32,179 nucleotides of DNA from Archangium sp. (GTDB lineage Bacteria > Myxococcota > Myxococcia > Myxococcales > Myxococcaceae). Location of the stretch: NCBI GenBank assembly GCA_031367385.1, contig JANLPS010000037.1, forward strand, positions 1-32,179, given 5' to 3'. Below are positions 8,828 to 17,040 of this stretch, in pieces (positions within the stretch are counted from its first letter, which is position 1; each line of letters begins with the position of its first letter). Below the pieces are notes generated by a model that ran no database searches, was not told the origin of the DNA, and saw nothing but the letters and a program-made list of their open reading frames with translations. The position numbers and the translations under genes are program-made.

Positions 8828-8901
8828 GGGTCCATAGCTCAGCCCGGTAGAGCAGCAGACTCATCCTCTGCGTGTCGAAGGTTCGACTCCTTCTGGACCG
8901 G
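8828..8901 (+). tRNA. Atypical tRNA-like element, anticodon CAT (Met/Ile2-derived; probably not a decoding tRNA)
   Basis: Full cloverleaf: GGGTCCA/TGGACCG acceptor (G1:G72 mismatch), D GCTC/GAGC, anticodon stem GCAGA/TCTGC with loop CTCATCC, T stem GAAGG/CCTTC with TTCGACT. C37-C38, G73, no encoded CCA. Confidence 0.8.
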
Positions 8902-9119
8902 TCGTCTGCGCGATGAGCCGGAGTGATGACGGGCCGTTCGTGTCACCACCGGTGCCGCGTGGCCGTGCTGTCTCGCACAGCGTTGGGGGCCGTTCGCCTT
9001 CAGTGACCTGCGAGAACACCACGGCCTTGCGCCACGGGCAGGCCACGGGCGGCGGTGCTCGCGGTCTTGGGGCACCCCCGGAGTCACTCCCGTGATTCGC
9101 GTGGGCGACCACTTTTTTT
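8900..9119 (+). ncRNA. Putative ~210-nt rod-like structured RNA between the tRNA-like element and the slipin gene
   Basis: Nested helices found by hand: 8900-8913/9097-9110 (14 bp), 8920-8927/9083-9090, 8947-8951/9053-9057, 8961-8967/9020-9026, TCTCGCA/TGCGAGA, 8981-8990/8996-9005; T7 tract 9113-9119; no credible ORF. Confidence 0.6.
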
Positions 9120-9155
9120 GCAAAACCAACGCAGTACACCCAAGGAGGCACCATC

Positions 9156-10268
9156 ATGATCATCGACGTCGCGGTTCACGAGCGGGTTTTCGTCATCACC
9201 GAGGGGGTGCCCACCCGGTACCTCGCGCCGGGCCGGCATCGGGTCTGGGCGCTGTTCGACAAGGTCGAGGTCGAGCGAATCGACACGCGCCAGCTCTGGG
9301 CGAACCTCGACGCGACCCGGCTGGCCCTGGTGCCTGCCGAAGACCTGCAGGTCATCACCCTCGACGAGCACCAGCGCGCGCTCGTTCGGCGCAAGGGTGT
9401 GCCGGTGCTCTGGCTGACCGCCGGGGTGCACCAGATCTGGTCAATCGAGCGCCTGATCAACCGCCAGACCAAGGAGCTGTCGCCGCTGATCAAGGTCGAC
9501 GTCTTCGATACCTCTGGCATCGCGGCTCCGCTGCTGAACGCTGACGTCGCGGCGCTCTGCAAGGGCAAGGACTACGTCGAGGCGACGGCGCCTGAGGGCT
9601 CGGTGGTCGTTCGCTACGTCGATGGTCAGCTCGAGGCGGTGCTGTCGGCCGGCCGCCACGCCGCGTGGAACACCATGCGTACCGTTCAGTTGATCGTGAT
9701 CGACCTGCGAGAGCGGTTGCTCCACATCACCGGCCAGGAAGTGATGACCAAGGACCGGGTGTCGCTGCGACTCAACCTGTCGGCGACGTTTCGGGTCAAC
9801 GACGCCAAGAAGCTGGCGCTGGTGGCCCGGGCGCCTGACGACGTGTTGTACCTGGCGATGCAGCTGGCGGTTCGAGACGCCGTGACGACCCGCACGCTCG
9901 ACGAGCTGCTGGCGTCGCGTGAAGAGCTGCCCAAGGTGATGTCGCCGCTGGTCTCTGAGCGCGCGCTGTCACTGGGTCTGCAGCTCATTGAGCTCGGCAT
10001 CAAAGACCTGATTCTGCCTGGTGAGATGAAGGAGCTTCTCAACAAGGTGATTCAGGCCACCAAAGAGGCCGAGGCCAACGTGATTCTGCGTCGAGAGGAG
10101 ACGGCGGCGACCCGATCGCTTGCGCAGACCGCGAAGGTTCTCCAGGAGAACCCGCTGCTGATTCGCCTCAAGGAGCTCGAGGCGTACAAGGAGCTGGCCG
10201 GCAAGGTTGGGCAGCTGCACCTGGTGATGGGTGAGGGTGCGTTGCCGAGCCTGCAGCTCAAGGCATAG
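9156..10268 (+). CDS. Slipin family SPFH/band-7 protein with three N-terminal repeats
   Basis: AAGGAGG RBS; IDLRE......GQEVMTKDRVSLRLN, LDELL, GIKDLILPGEMKELLN.VI.A.K.AEANVI.RREETAATRSL..TAKVL..NP.L.RLKELE. Confidence 0.92.
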   Translation: MIIDVAVHERVFVITEGVPTRYLAPGRHRVWALFDKVEVERIDTRQLWANLDATRLALVPAEDLQVITLDEHQRALVRRKGVPVLWLTAGVHQIWSIERLINRQTKELSPLIKVDVFDTSGIAAPLLNADVAALCKGKDYVEATAPEGSVVVRYVDGQLEAVLSAGRHAAWNTMRTVQLIVIDLRERLLHITGQEVMTKDRVSLRLNLSATFRVNDAKKLALVARAPDDVLYLAMQLAVRDAVTTRTLDELLASREELPKVMSPLVSERALSLGLQLIELGIKDLILPGEMKELLNKVIQATKEAEANVILRREETAATRSLAQTAKVLQENPLLIRLKELEAYKELAGKVGQLHLVMGEGALPSLQLKA

Positions 10269-10272
10269 TGCT

Positions 10273-10309
10273 GAAGGCCCCGCGTGCTCTTTTGAGGCGC
10301 GGGGCTTTC
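10273..10309. terminator. Probable bidirectional terminator
   Basis: GAAGGCCCCGCGT...GCGCGGGGCTTTC hairpin between the convergent slipin and kinase genes. Confidence 0.7.
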
Positions 10310-10320
10310 GGTGTTGGTGC

Positions 10321-12045
10321 TCAAGGCGCCAGGCGGCGGCTCTTGTTGTACTGCAGCGGCAGGGTCGCGGTGACCTGCTTGTCGACATGCGCGGGGAACT
10401 TGAGGGTCTTCATCTTGTCGTCGATGCACTTGCCGACCGGCTTGTTCGACATCGGGCTGCTCACGCTGCTGACCCGGCCATTCGAGGCGATCACGAAGGT
10501 GACGTCGAGCGTGCCCTTCACCTCGGGCAAATCGGCGTCGAATTGATCGAAGCACTTGTAGAAGGCCTGCGAGTTGCGCATCACCACGCTGACGATCATC
10601 TGCGTGCTCAGCACCACCGGGCCCTGAACGACGGCCGTCTTCTTGGGCCCCGCGTCGATGACCTCGGCCACCGGCGTCGGGCTGCCAGCGTCGACCACCG
10701 GCACCACCGCCACCGGCTCAACGTTCGCGTCAGGCACCTGCACCTGCACTGGCACCGGCACCACGACCGTGGGGCCCGCATCGACGGGGTCTTTCGTGGT
10801 CGAGCCCGAGAGCTTGAGCGCCAGCACCGTGCCAATCACGCCAATCGCCAGCGCGGCGGTGATCGCCACGGCGAGAGTGCTGGTTCGCTTTTTTCTCCAC
10901 TCGACCACCGACTTGGGCATCACCGCGGCGGTGCCGTGCTCGGGCTTGGTCACCGACGATGAAATGCCGGTCAAGACCACCGGCACCTCGGGGAAGGTGG
11001 GCGACCCGCTGTTGCTGACCAGCCCGGCCTTGGTCTTGAGCTCCTCGAGTGAATCGATTCGCGTCTTCGACTGAACCCGCTCTTCGCCGAAGAACTCGAA
11101 CATGTACTGCGCGAGGGCCTTGCCGTTCGAGACCGAGGTGGTGGCCCGCAGGTATTGCTCGATGTCACCGGCCAGCTCGGCGGCGCTCTGGTAGCGGGTC
11201 TCGGGTATCGGCGAGAGCGCCTTGACGATGATCTGCACCACCTCGAGCGGCAGGTCTGGCCGGGCCTCGCTGGGCGCGCGGTACTCGTTCTTCAAGACCG
11301 CGTTGAGCACCGCCAGGTCGCTTTCGCGCGCGAAGGGGCGGGTGTTGGTGACCGCCTCGTAGAGGCAAACCCCCAATGAATACACGTCACTGCGGCGATC
11401 GACCGGGCTCGACGAGGCCTGCTCGGGCGACATGTACTGGTACTTGCCCTTCACCACGCCGGCGGTGGTGTTGGTGACCCGCGACTCGGCCTTGGCGATG
11501 CCGAAGTCGAGCATCTTCACCTGGCCGTTGTAGGTGACGAAGATGTTCGAGGGTGAGACATCGCGGTGCACGATGTTGAGCTTCTGGCCTTTGCCGTCGG
11601 TCACCTCGTGGGCGAAGTTGAGCCCGTGGGCGGCGTCGGCGATGACCTTCAGCACCACATTGAGCGGCACGTAGTTGCCGCGCTTGGCGGCCGAGCGAAT
11701 CACGGTCGAAAAATCTTCGCCCGCCAGGTACTCCATCGCGATGAAGTAGCAGCCCTCTTCGAGGCCCAAGTCGAGAATTTGAACGACGTTGGGGTGGGCG
11801 AGGGTGGCGGCCAGGCGCGCTTCGTCGAGAAACATCGAGACGAAGTCTTGAACGCCAGACAGGTGCGCCAGCATGCGCTTGACGACGACGTTCTTCTCGA
11901 ACCGCTCGACGCCCATCTGCTTGGCCAAGAAAATTTCGGCCATGCCGCCTTCGGCGAGCTTCTTGACCAAGAAATATTTGCCGTACTGGCGAATCGCGAC
12001 CGTACCGACCGGGTCACGCGCGCCATCGAGCGGCCCCTGCACCAT
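10321..12045 (-). CDS. Transmembrane Ser/Thr protein kinase with C-terminal AgmX/PglI (TonB-C-like) domain
   Basis: LAEGGMAEIF, VVVK, HRDVSPSN, DFGIAK, GKYQYMSPE, DVYSLG; TM helix; Pro/Val linker; C...F.I..NGRV....C.....K.LKFP. Start ATG 12045 overlaps the upstream stop (TAATG). Confidence 0.92.
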   Translation of the reverse strand: MVQGPLDGARDPVGTVAIRQYGKYFLVKKLAEGGMAEIFLAKQMGVERFEKNVVVKRMLAHLSGVQDFVSMFLDEARLAATLAHPNVVQILDLGLEEGCYFIAMEYLAGEDFSTVIRSAAKRGNYVPLNVVLKVIADAAHGLNFAHEVTDGKGQKLNIVHRDVSPSNIFVTYNGQVKMLDFGIAKAESRVTNTTAGVVKGKYQYMSPEQASSSPVDRRSDVYSLGVCLYEAVTNTRPFARESDLAVLNAVLKNEYRAPSEARPDLPLEVVQIIVKALSPIPETRYQSAAELAGDIEQYLRATTSVSNGKALAQYMFEFFGEERVQSKTRIDSLEELKTKAGLVSNSGSPTFPEVPVVLTGISSSVTKPEHGTAAVMPKSVVEWRKKRTSTLAVAITAALAIGVIGTVLALKLSGSTTKDPVDAGPTVVVPVPVQVQVPDANVEPVAVVPVVDAGSPTPVAEVIDAGPKKTAVVQGPVVLSTQMIVSVVMRNSQAFYKCFDQFDADLPEVKGTLDVTFVIASNGRVSSVSSPMSNKPVGKCIDDKMKTLKFPAHVDKQVTATLPLQYNKSRRLAP

Positions 12046-13982
12046 TATTTGCCCCGCCTCAACACGCGCACGATCATCTGCTCGCCGCCTTCTCCGAGCG
12101 AACGAAACACCACGCGGTTGGCGACTGGCACGACCTTGCTGCTGAAACGGGCCTTCTCGTCGAGCACCAGCAACTGACCGTTGGCGCTCACCTTCATCTT
12201 GAACGGAGCAACTCCGGTCACCGGCACGGTCGGCCCGCTGGGGTCTCCGTTGCGCGGCGTCTTGATGATCAGCTCGGCGACCGCGTTGTCGTAGACCATC
12301 TCGAGCTTGGTCATGCGACCACCGGCGATCGCGTTGCCCTTCGCGCCGAGCGGCGTCACCGACCAGAGGTAATTGCCCTCGCCCAGCGCGTTCTCGGGCA
12401 GCTGCAGGGTGGTGGTCTTCACTTCGCGTTGTTCGATCGGTTTGTCCAACGCGCCTTCGCGGTACACCTGCAGGCGGTATTCGGCGGGGGCGGGCTCGGG
12501 CGCCTTCCACAAGAAGGTCACCGAGGGCGGCTTGTCTTGGTAATAAATGACCGTCTTCTCAGCGCCTTCGGGCACCTCGTTGCGCAGCCGCTGAAGCTCT
12601 CCGCCGGCGCGCTCGGGCGCACACGAGGCCGAGCCCTTGGCGACTTCGGTCTCGGCGGCGAGCACCTTCCAGTACAGGCTGCCGCGGGCGGGCACGTTCA
12701 CGTTGAGCCAAGGCTGTTTGGTGGTGCCATCGATGAAGGGGTTGGCGAGCGTGGGCTCGGTGCCGACGATGATGTGAAACAGGGTGCCCGCTTCGCCCGG
12801 CCAGACGAGCGCCGCCTGCCCGACGTTGGGGTGAAACACCTTGAGCCCTTGGTGGGAGGGGATGAGCAGGCTCTCTTTCGCCAAGTCGGTGACGACCGCG
12901 CCGCCCTTGCTCGAGAGCCGGGTGATTTGCGAGGCGTGGGTGGTGACGGTCTCCATGCTGTCGTGCTCGACGACGACTTCACCGACCACGGTGTTGATGT
13001 CGAGGCCGGTCTTCGACCGGGCGATGCTGAACTGCGCGCCGTCGTTGACCGAGAGCGTGTAGCCGTCGCCCGGGTGCAGCTTGCGCTTGGTGCCCAACGG
13101 CATGTTCACCGTCATCGCGCCCTTGCGCATCTCGAGCGCCACGTCTTCGAGGCCCGAACCGGTCTGCACCTCGCCGATGCCGACCTCGCTGTTGGCGGCC
13201 ATCACCAACCGGGCACCCGAGCCCTTGGGCTGCACGGTGGCCGAGCCATAGACGACTCTCAGCGAGTCACCCGCTTCGAGCTCGGGGAGCTTCTTCGCGT
13301 TGATCGGCGCAAAAGCCTTGGCGTCTTTCTTCTTCACGTCGACCCGGCCCGAGATCGCGGCCAGCTCGATTTGCAAGGGCTCGAGGCGAACCGTGCGGTT
13401 GCCCTTGGTGACGCCTTCGCGCGAGAGCACCGAGAGGTCGCCGGCGGTGACGGTCATCGAGTCGCCCCCTCGCGAGATGATCTGCACGTTGCCGGTGACG
13501 ACGTCGACGTTGGCGTTGTCGCCGCCGACGCCGATCTTCACTTCGCTGGTGCCCAGGCGAACCAAGCCGTAGGGGGTGAGCACCGAGAGGCGCATCTTGT
13601 CGTCGAGCGAGAGATCTCCGACCACCCGAGAGATGACCAGACCCGAGCCGACGTTGAGCACCAGACCATCGTCGCCGTTGCCGATCTCGAAGTGGCCGTT
13701 GGGCCCCAGCTGAATCTCATGCCCATCTGAGAAGCGAATGATGCCGTCGCCGTCAGCCCCGGTCTCGACGGTGTCTCCGAGCAGCAGGTCGCCTGGCTTG
13801 GCGGGGCCGGTGATGCCCTTGCGGGTCAGGGTGATGGTACCCACCGCTTTGGTGAGCTGCGCCAGTGCCTTTTCGGGCACGGCTGCCTGGCCCGCGTCGG
13901 GCACGACGGGCTTGGGCTCAGCGCCTTCGGGGCAGCCGAGCGCGAGCAGACACAGCACTGCCGTGAATAGAAATCGTTTCAC
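12045..13982 (-). CDS. Lipoprotein with tandem FecR-like beta domains and C-terminal Ig/FN3-like domains
   Basis: Lipobox LALGC; L..GD.VETG.DG...IRFSDG..I.LG.N..F.I (FecR-like) with a second copy near ELEAGDSL; G.YLWSV FN3-like motif. Confidence 0.7.
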   Translation of the reverse strand: MKRFLFTAVLCLLALGCPEGAEPKPVVPDAGQAAVPEKALAQLTKAVGTITLTRKGITGPAKPGDLLLGDTVETGADGDGIIRFSDGHEIQLGPNGHFEIGNGDDGLVLNVGSGLVISRVVGDLSLDDKMRLSVLTPYGLVRLGTSEVKIGVGGDNANVDVVTGNVQIISRGGDSMTVTAGDLSVLSREGVTKGNRTVRLEPLQIELAAISGRVDVKKKDAKAFAPINAKKLPELEAGDSLRVVYGSATVQPKGSGARLVMAANSEVGIGEVQTGSGLEDVALEMRKGAMTVNMPLGTKRKLHPGDGYTLSVNDGAQFSIARSKTGLDINTVVGEVVVEHDSMETVTTHASQITRLSSKGGAVVTDLAKESLLIPSHQGLKVFHPNVGQAALVWPGEAGTLFHIIVGTEPTLANPFIDGTTKQPWLNVNVPARGSLYWKVLAAETEVAKGSASCAPERAGGELQRLRNEVPEGAEKTVIYYQDKPPSVTFLWKAPEPAPAEYRLQVYREGALDKPIEQREVKTTTLQLPENALGEGNYLWSVTPLGAKGNAIAGGRMTKLEMVYDNAVAELIIKTPRNGDPSGPTVPVTGVAPFKMKVSANGQLLVLDEKARFSSKVVPVANRVVFRSLGEGGEQMIVRVLRRGK

Positions 13983-15502
13983 TTCGGCTGGAGGTCGACG
14001 TTGAGAATGGCCTGCTCAGCGTCTTTGACGATGAGCTGCTTGGTCTGAGAGAGAAAGCCCTTGCCCGAGATGTTCACGGTGTACGTGCCGCCGACCACTT
14101 TGAAGGTGAAGGCGCCCGCCGCGTTGGCCTTGGCCTTGATTTTCGCCTCGGGTATCTCGAGGTTCGCTTGAATCGGAGCGCCACCGCGGCCGCTGCGCAC
14201 CAGGCCGGTGATGGTCGCCAACTCGCGCTTCTTGGCCGAGAGCAACCCGACCTCGACCGTCGAATCAACGCCCGCGACGATTGACGCGGCTTCGCTGCCA
14301 GGCTGGTACCCGTCGGCGTTGAAGGCGAGGTTCACGGGGCCCGGGTTCAAGTCGTGAATCACGACCTTGCCCGCGTCATCGGTGGTGTAGGTCTGGTCGC
14401 CCATCTTCATGCTCACATTGGGCAGCGGGGCACGGGTGATCTTGTCGGTGACCATCACCACCAGGCCTCCGACCTTGGGCGGCGTCTTCTGCAGGGTCAG
14501 GTCGAGCGCCAGCGTGTTGAGCACCGCGAGGTCGCCTTCGGCATCGGCGGGCTCGTAGCCATCGAGCTTGGCGTGCGCGGTGACGTGGCCCGCGAGCACG
14601 TCGGCCAAAATGGCGTGACCGGTCTCATCGAGCGGGGGTGAGAGCGGGCCGCTGGGCGTCTCCAACGAGACGATCGCTCGGCCGAGCGGCTTGCCATCGG
14701 GGCCCTTGACGCCGACGTTGACGGTGCCGGTGCGAATCACGATGGGCTCGTCTTTCCACTGCAAATCAAGGGCGAGGCCGGCGCGAATCAGGCTCTGGTA
14801 CGCGGTGTTTCGCGGGGCGTTGTCGGTGCTGTACGAGGCGTCGGCCATCGCGCCCCAGACGACCTTGCCGGTTCTGGCCAACGCGAGGCGAACGCCGCCA
14901 CCGACGGTGAAGCCGGGCATCGGCATCGAGGCCCCAGCGGCATTCGTCGTGGCCAACGCGAGCGGGTACTCGAAGCGGCCTTCGATGGTGACGGGGCCGA
15001 GGTCGAGCAGCGCGCGCGCGGCCAGCATGATCGCGTGGCGGCTGCCGGTCATGAAGGTCGGAGCGCTGGTGGTGCTGCCAAAATCAGGCAGCTGGTGAAA
15101 CGCGTAGCCTGCGAGCGCCTCGAGGCGAACCGGCCCCAGGCGCAATCTGCCCGTGGGCCCGATGTGCGCGCGCAACAACCCGCCGCCGGTGACGCGAACG
15201 CCGTTGTCGTAGAGCGCGAAGGCTTCACGCTCGAGCGAGAGCCCCACGCCGACCACGTCGAACAAGAACCAGAGCCAACCGCGCAGCGCGAGATCGTTGG
15301 GCGTGATGCCGGTGTACGTGAGGCCCGGCCCGCTGTCGGTCAGACCGCCAGAGCGCGAGACGATGCCGTATTGAAGCCGCAGCTCCCACGCCTCTTCTTT
15401 CGAGACCGCGCGTGCAGCGTCGGTCGACGAAGTCACTTGAGATTGAGCGCTCGCCATCGCACTGACGAGCACCAACGCAACGCAGCACAAGGGAGAGCGC
15501 AC
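13979..15502 (-). CDS. Exported protein: predicted beta-barrel N-domain plus three carboxypeptidase-regulatory-like (Cna-B/PEGA-type) repeats
   Basis: Signal peptide; alternating amphipathic strands ending LALDLQW; repeats G.V....G.P....V...TD..G......L.PG.......GY. Confidence 0.7.
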   Translation of the reverse strand: MRSPLCCVALVLVSAMASAQSQVTSSTDAARAVSKEEAWELRLQYGIVSRSGGLTDSGPGLTYTGITPNDLALRGWLWFLFDVVGVGLSLEREAFALYDNGVRVTGGGLLRAHIGPTGRLRLGPVRLEALAGYAFHQLPDFGSTTSAPTFMTGSRHAIMLAARALLDLGPVTIEGRFEYPLALATTNAAGASMPMPGFTVGGGVRLALARTGKVVWGAMADASYSTDNAPRNTAYQSLIRAGLALDLQWKDEPIVIRTGTVNVGVKGPDGKPLGRAIVSLETPSGPLSPPLDETGHAILADVLAGHVTAHAKLDGYEPADAEGDLAVLNTLALDLTLQKTPPKVGGLVVMVTDKITRAPLPNVSMKMGDQTYTTDDAGKVVIHDLNPGPVNLAFNADGYQPGSEAASIVAGVDSTVEVGLLSAKKRELATITGLVRSGRGGAPIQANLEIPEAKIKAKANAAGAFTFKVVGGTYTVNISGKGFLSQTKQLIVKDAEQAILNVDLQPK

Positions 15503-15508
15503 GCGCGC

Positions 15509-15536
15509 AGTATAAATGCAGAACCGCGCGTAACAA
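15509..15536 (-). promoter_or_regulatory. sigma70-type promoter (TTGTTA-N16-TATACT), leaderless-type spacing
   Basis: AT-rich intergenic stretch; the -10 lies 6 nt before GTG 15502; an ACGAGTC...GACTCGT inverted repeat lies further upstream (~15554-15586). Confidence 0.55.
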
Positions 15537-15588
15537 TTTCAGTTTTGACTATCTACGAGTCACGTGTAGGGAACTTGACGACTCGTGA

Positions 15589-17040
15589 TTACCGTGGAGC
15601 GAGCCAAGTGGGAGGGCTGACGATCTTCTCGCCCCCCCGTACCTGGGCCGGAATCGAGGTTCTGGCCCCGTGGCGGCGGGTCTTCGGGTCTTGGCGCTCG
15701 ACGACCTTGGCGACCAAATCGTAGTCGTGCGCTTCGGTGACTCCGACCGTCACCAGCTCGCCCGGGTATGCCAGACCGTCGTTGATGTAGACCTGCCCGT
15801 CGATTTCGGGGGCCTGGCCTTCGTGTCGGCCGACCAGCAGGTGCTCTGACTCGGGGCTGACGCCCTCGACCAAGACCTGCATGCGGGTGCCGATGAGCTT
15901 CTTGTTCTGCTCGCGGGCGATGCGCTTTTGAATCGCCATGACCTCGCGCCAGCGCCGCTCGATGGTCTTCTGGGGCACCTTGTTGCCCATCTCGAACGCG
16001 CTGGTGCCTTCTTCGTCTGAATACTGAAAGACGCCGAGGCGCTCGAAGCGCATCTCTTTGACGAAGGTTTTGAGAATCTCGAAGTCTTCGTCGGTCTCGC
16101 CGGGCAACCCGACGATGAGCGAGGTGCGAAAGACCAAGTTGGGCACGCGGGTGCGAATCTTGGCGACCAGGGTCTTCAAGAACGACGAGTCGCGGCCGCG
16201 CTTCATCGACTTGAGCAGCGAGTCAGAGGCGTGCTGCAGCGGCATGTCGAGGTACTTGGCGATCTTCGGCTCGCTGGCGATCACCTCGATGAGCTCGTCG
16301 GGGAAGACGCGCGGGTAGGCGTAATGGAGCCGAATCCACTTCACGTCGACTTTCACCAGCTCACGCAACAGCTCGTACAGCTTGGGCTTGCCCGGCAGGT
16401 CGTGGCCGTAGGCGGTGAGATCTTGCGCGACGAGGTTGAGCTCCATCACGCCAGAGTCGGCGAGCTGCTTGGCCTCGGCGACGATGTCGTCAATCGGGCG
16501 GCTGCGCTGCAACCCCCGCAACGTGGGGATGATGCAGAACGCGCACTTGTTGTCGCAGCCCTCGGAGATCTTCAAATACGCGGTGTACCCGGGCATCGAG
16601 TTGACCCGCGGCACCGAGGCCGAGTGAATGTACTCCGGGTCGGGGATGACTTGGCGCGGGCTGGCTTCGGCCGCGAGGAGGTCTCCGATTTGAACGTAGG
16701 CGCTGGTGCCCAAGAAGTGGTCGACCTCGGGCAGCTCTTTGGTGAGCGCTTCGCCGTGGCGTTGCACCAGGCAGCCGGTGACGACCAGGGTGTCGCAGGT
16801 GCCGTTTTTCTTGTGCTCGGCGAGCTCGAGAATGCTGTCGACCGACTCTTTCTCGGCGGCCTTCAAGAAGGCGCAGGTGTTGACGACGATCACCTGTGCC
16901 TGCTCGGGCTCGTCGACCAGGTGGTAGCCGCGCTGCGAGAGCGAGCCCAGCATCACTTCGCTGTCGACGCGATTCTTCGGGCACCCGAGGGTCATCATGT
17001 ACAGCGACTTCGACTCCAGCTTCTTTTTGCTCTTCGTCAC
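15589..17040 (-). CDS. rimO: Ribosomal protein S12 methylthiotransferase RimO
   Basis: [20 protein letters not shown]; radical [14 protein letters not shown] after YLKISEG; APEIDG TRAM domain. Confidence 0.96.
   Translation of the reverse strand: MTKSKKKLESKSLYMMTLGCPKNRVDSEVMLGSLSQRGYHLVDEPEQAQVIVVNTCAFLKAAEKESVDSILELAEHKKNGTCDTLVVTGCLVQRHGEALTKELPEVDHFLGTSAYVQIGDLLAAEASPRQVIPDPEYIHSASVPRVNSMPGYTAYLKISEGCDNKCAFCIIPTLRGLQRSRPIDDIVAEAKQLADSGVMELNLVAQDLTAYGHDLPGKPKLYELLRELVKVDVKWIRLHYAYPRVFPDELIEVIASEPKIAKYLDMPLQHASDSLLKSMKRGRDSSFLKTLVAKIRTRVPNLVFRTSLIVGLPGETDEDFEILKTFVKEMRFERLGVFQYSDEEGTSAFEMGNKVPQKTIERRWREVMAIQKRIAREQNKKLIGTRMQVLVEGVSPESEHLLVGRHEGQAPEIDGQVYINDGLAYPGELVTVGVTEAHDYDLVAKVVERQDPKTRRHGARTSIPAQVRGGEKIVSPPTWLAPR

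Noticed and set aside
8828..8901. tRNA as integration site (att) of a mobile element
   Set aside because: No integrase, and I saw no duplicate of the tRNA 3' end in the window.
8900..9119. Identification as 6S RNA, SRP RNA, tmRNA or YrlA
   Set aside because: No zapA/ygfA context, SRP loop motif or tag ORF, and the cloverleaf is in canonical rather than permuted order. Left unassigned pending an Rfam search.
10620..10790. CACCGG-type repeats in the kinase gene
   Set aside because: They reflect the Pro/Val-rich VDAG linker coding sequence, not an independent DNA repeat.
12046..12510. Arg-rich N-terminal extension of the kinase ORF
   Set aside because: Out-of-frame overlap with the upstream lipoprotein gene; the TAATG coupling marks the true start at 12045.
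12429..13730. 433-aa + strand ORF (likewise 2191-3228, 6842-7684, 16231-17055 and 28617-30107)
   Set aside because: Antisense ORFs expected from high-GC3 codon bias opposite well-supported genes; no recognisable motifs.
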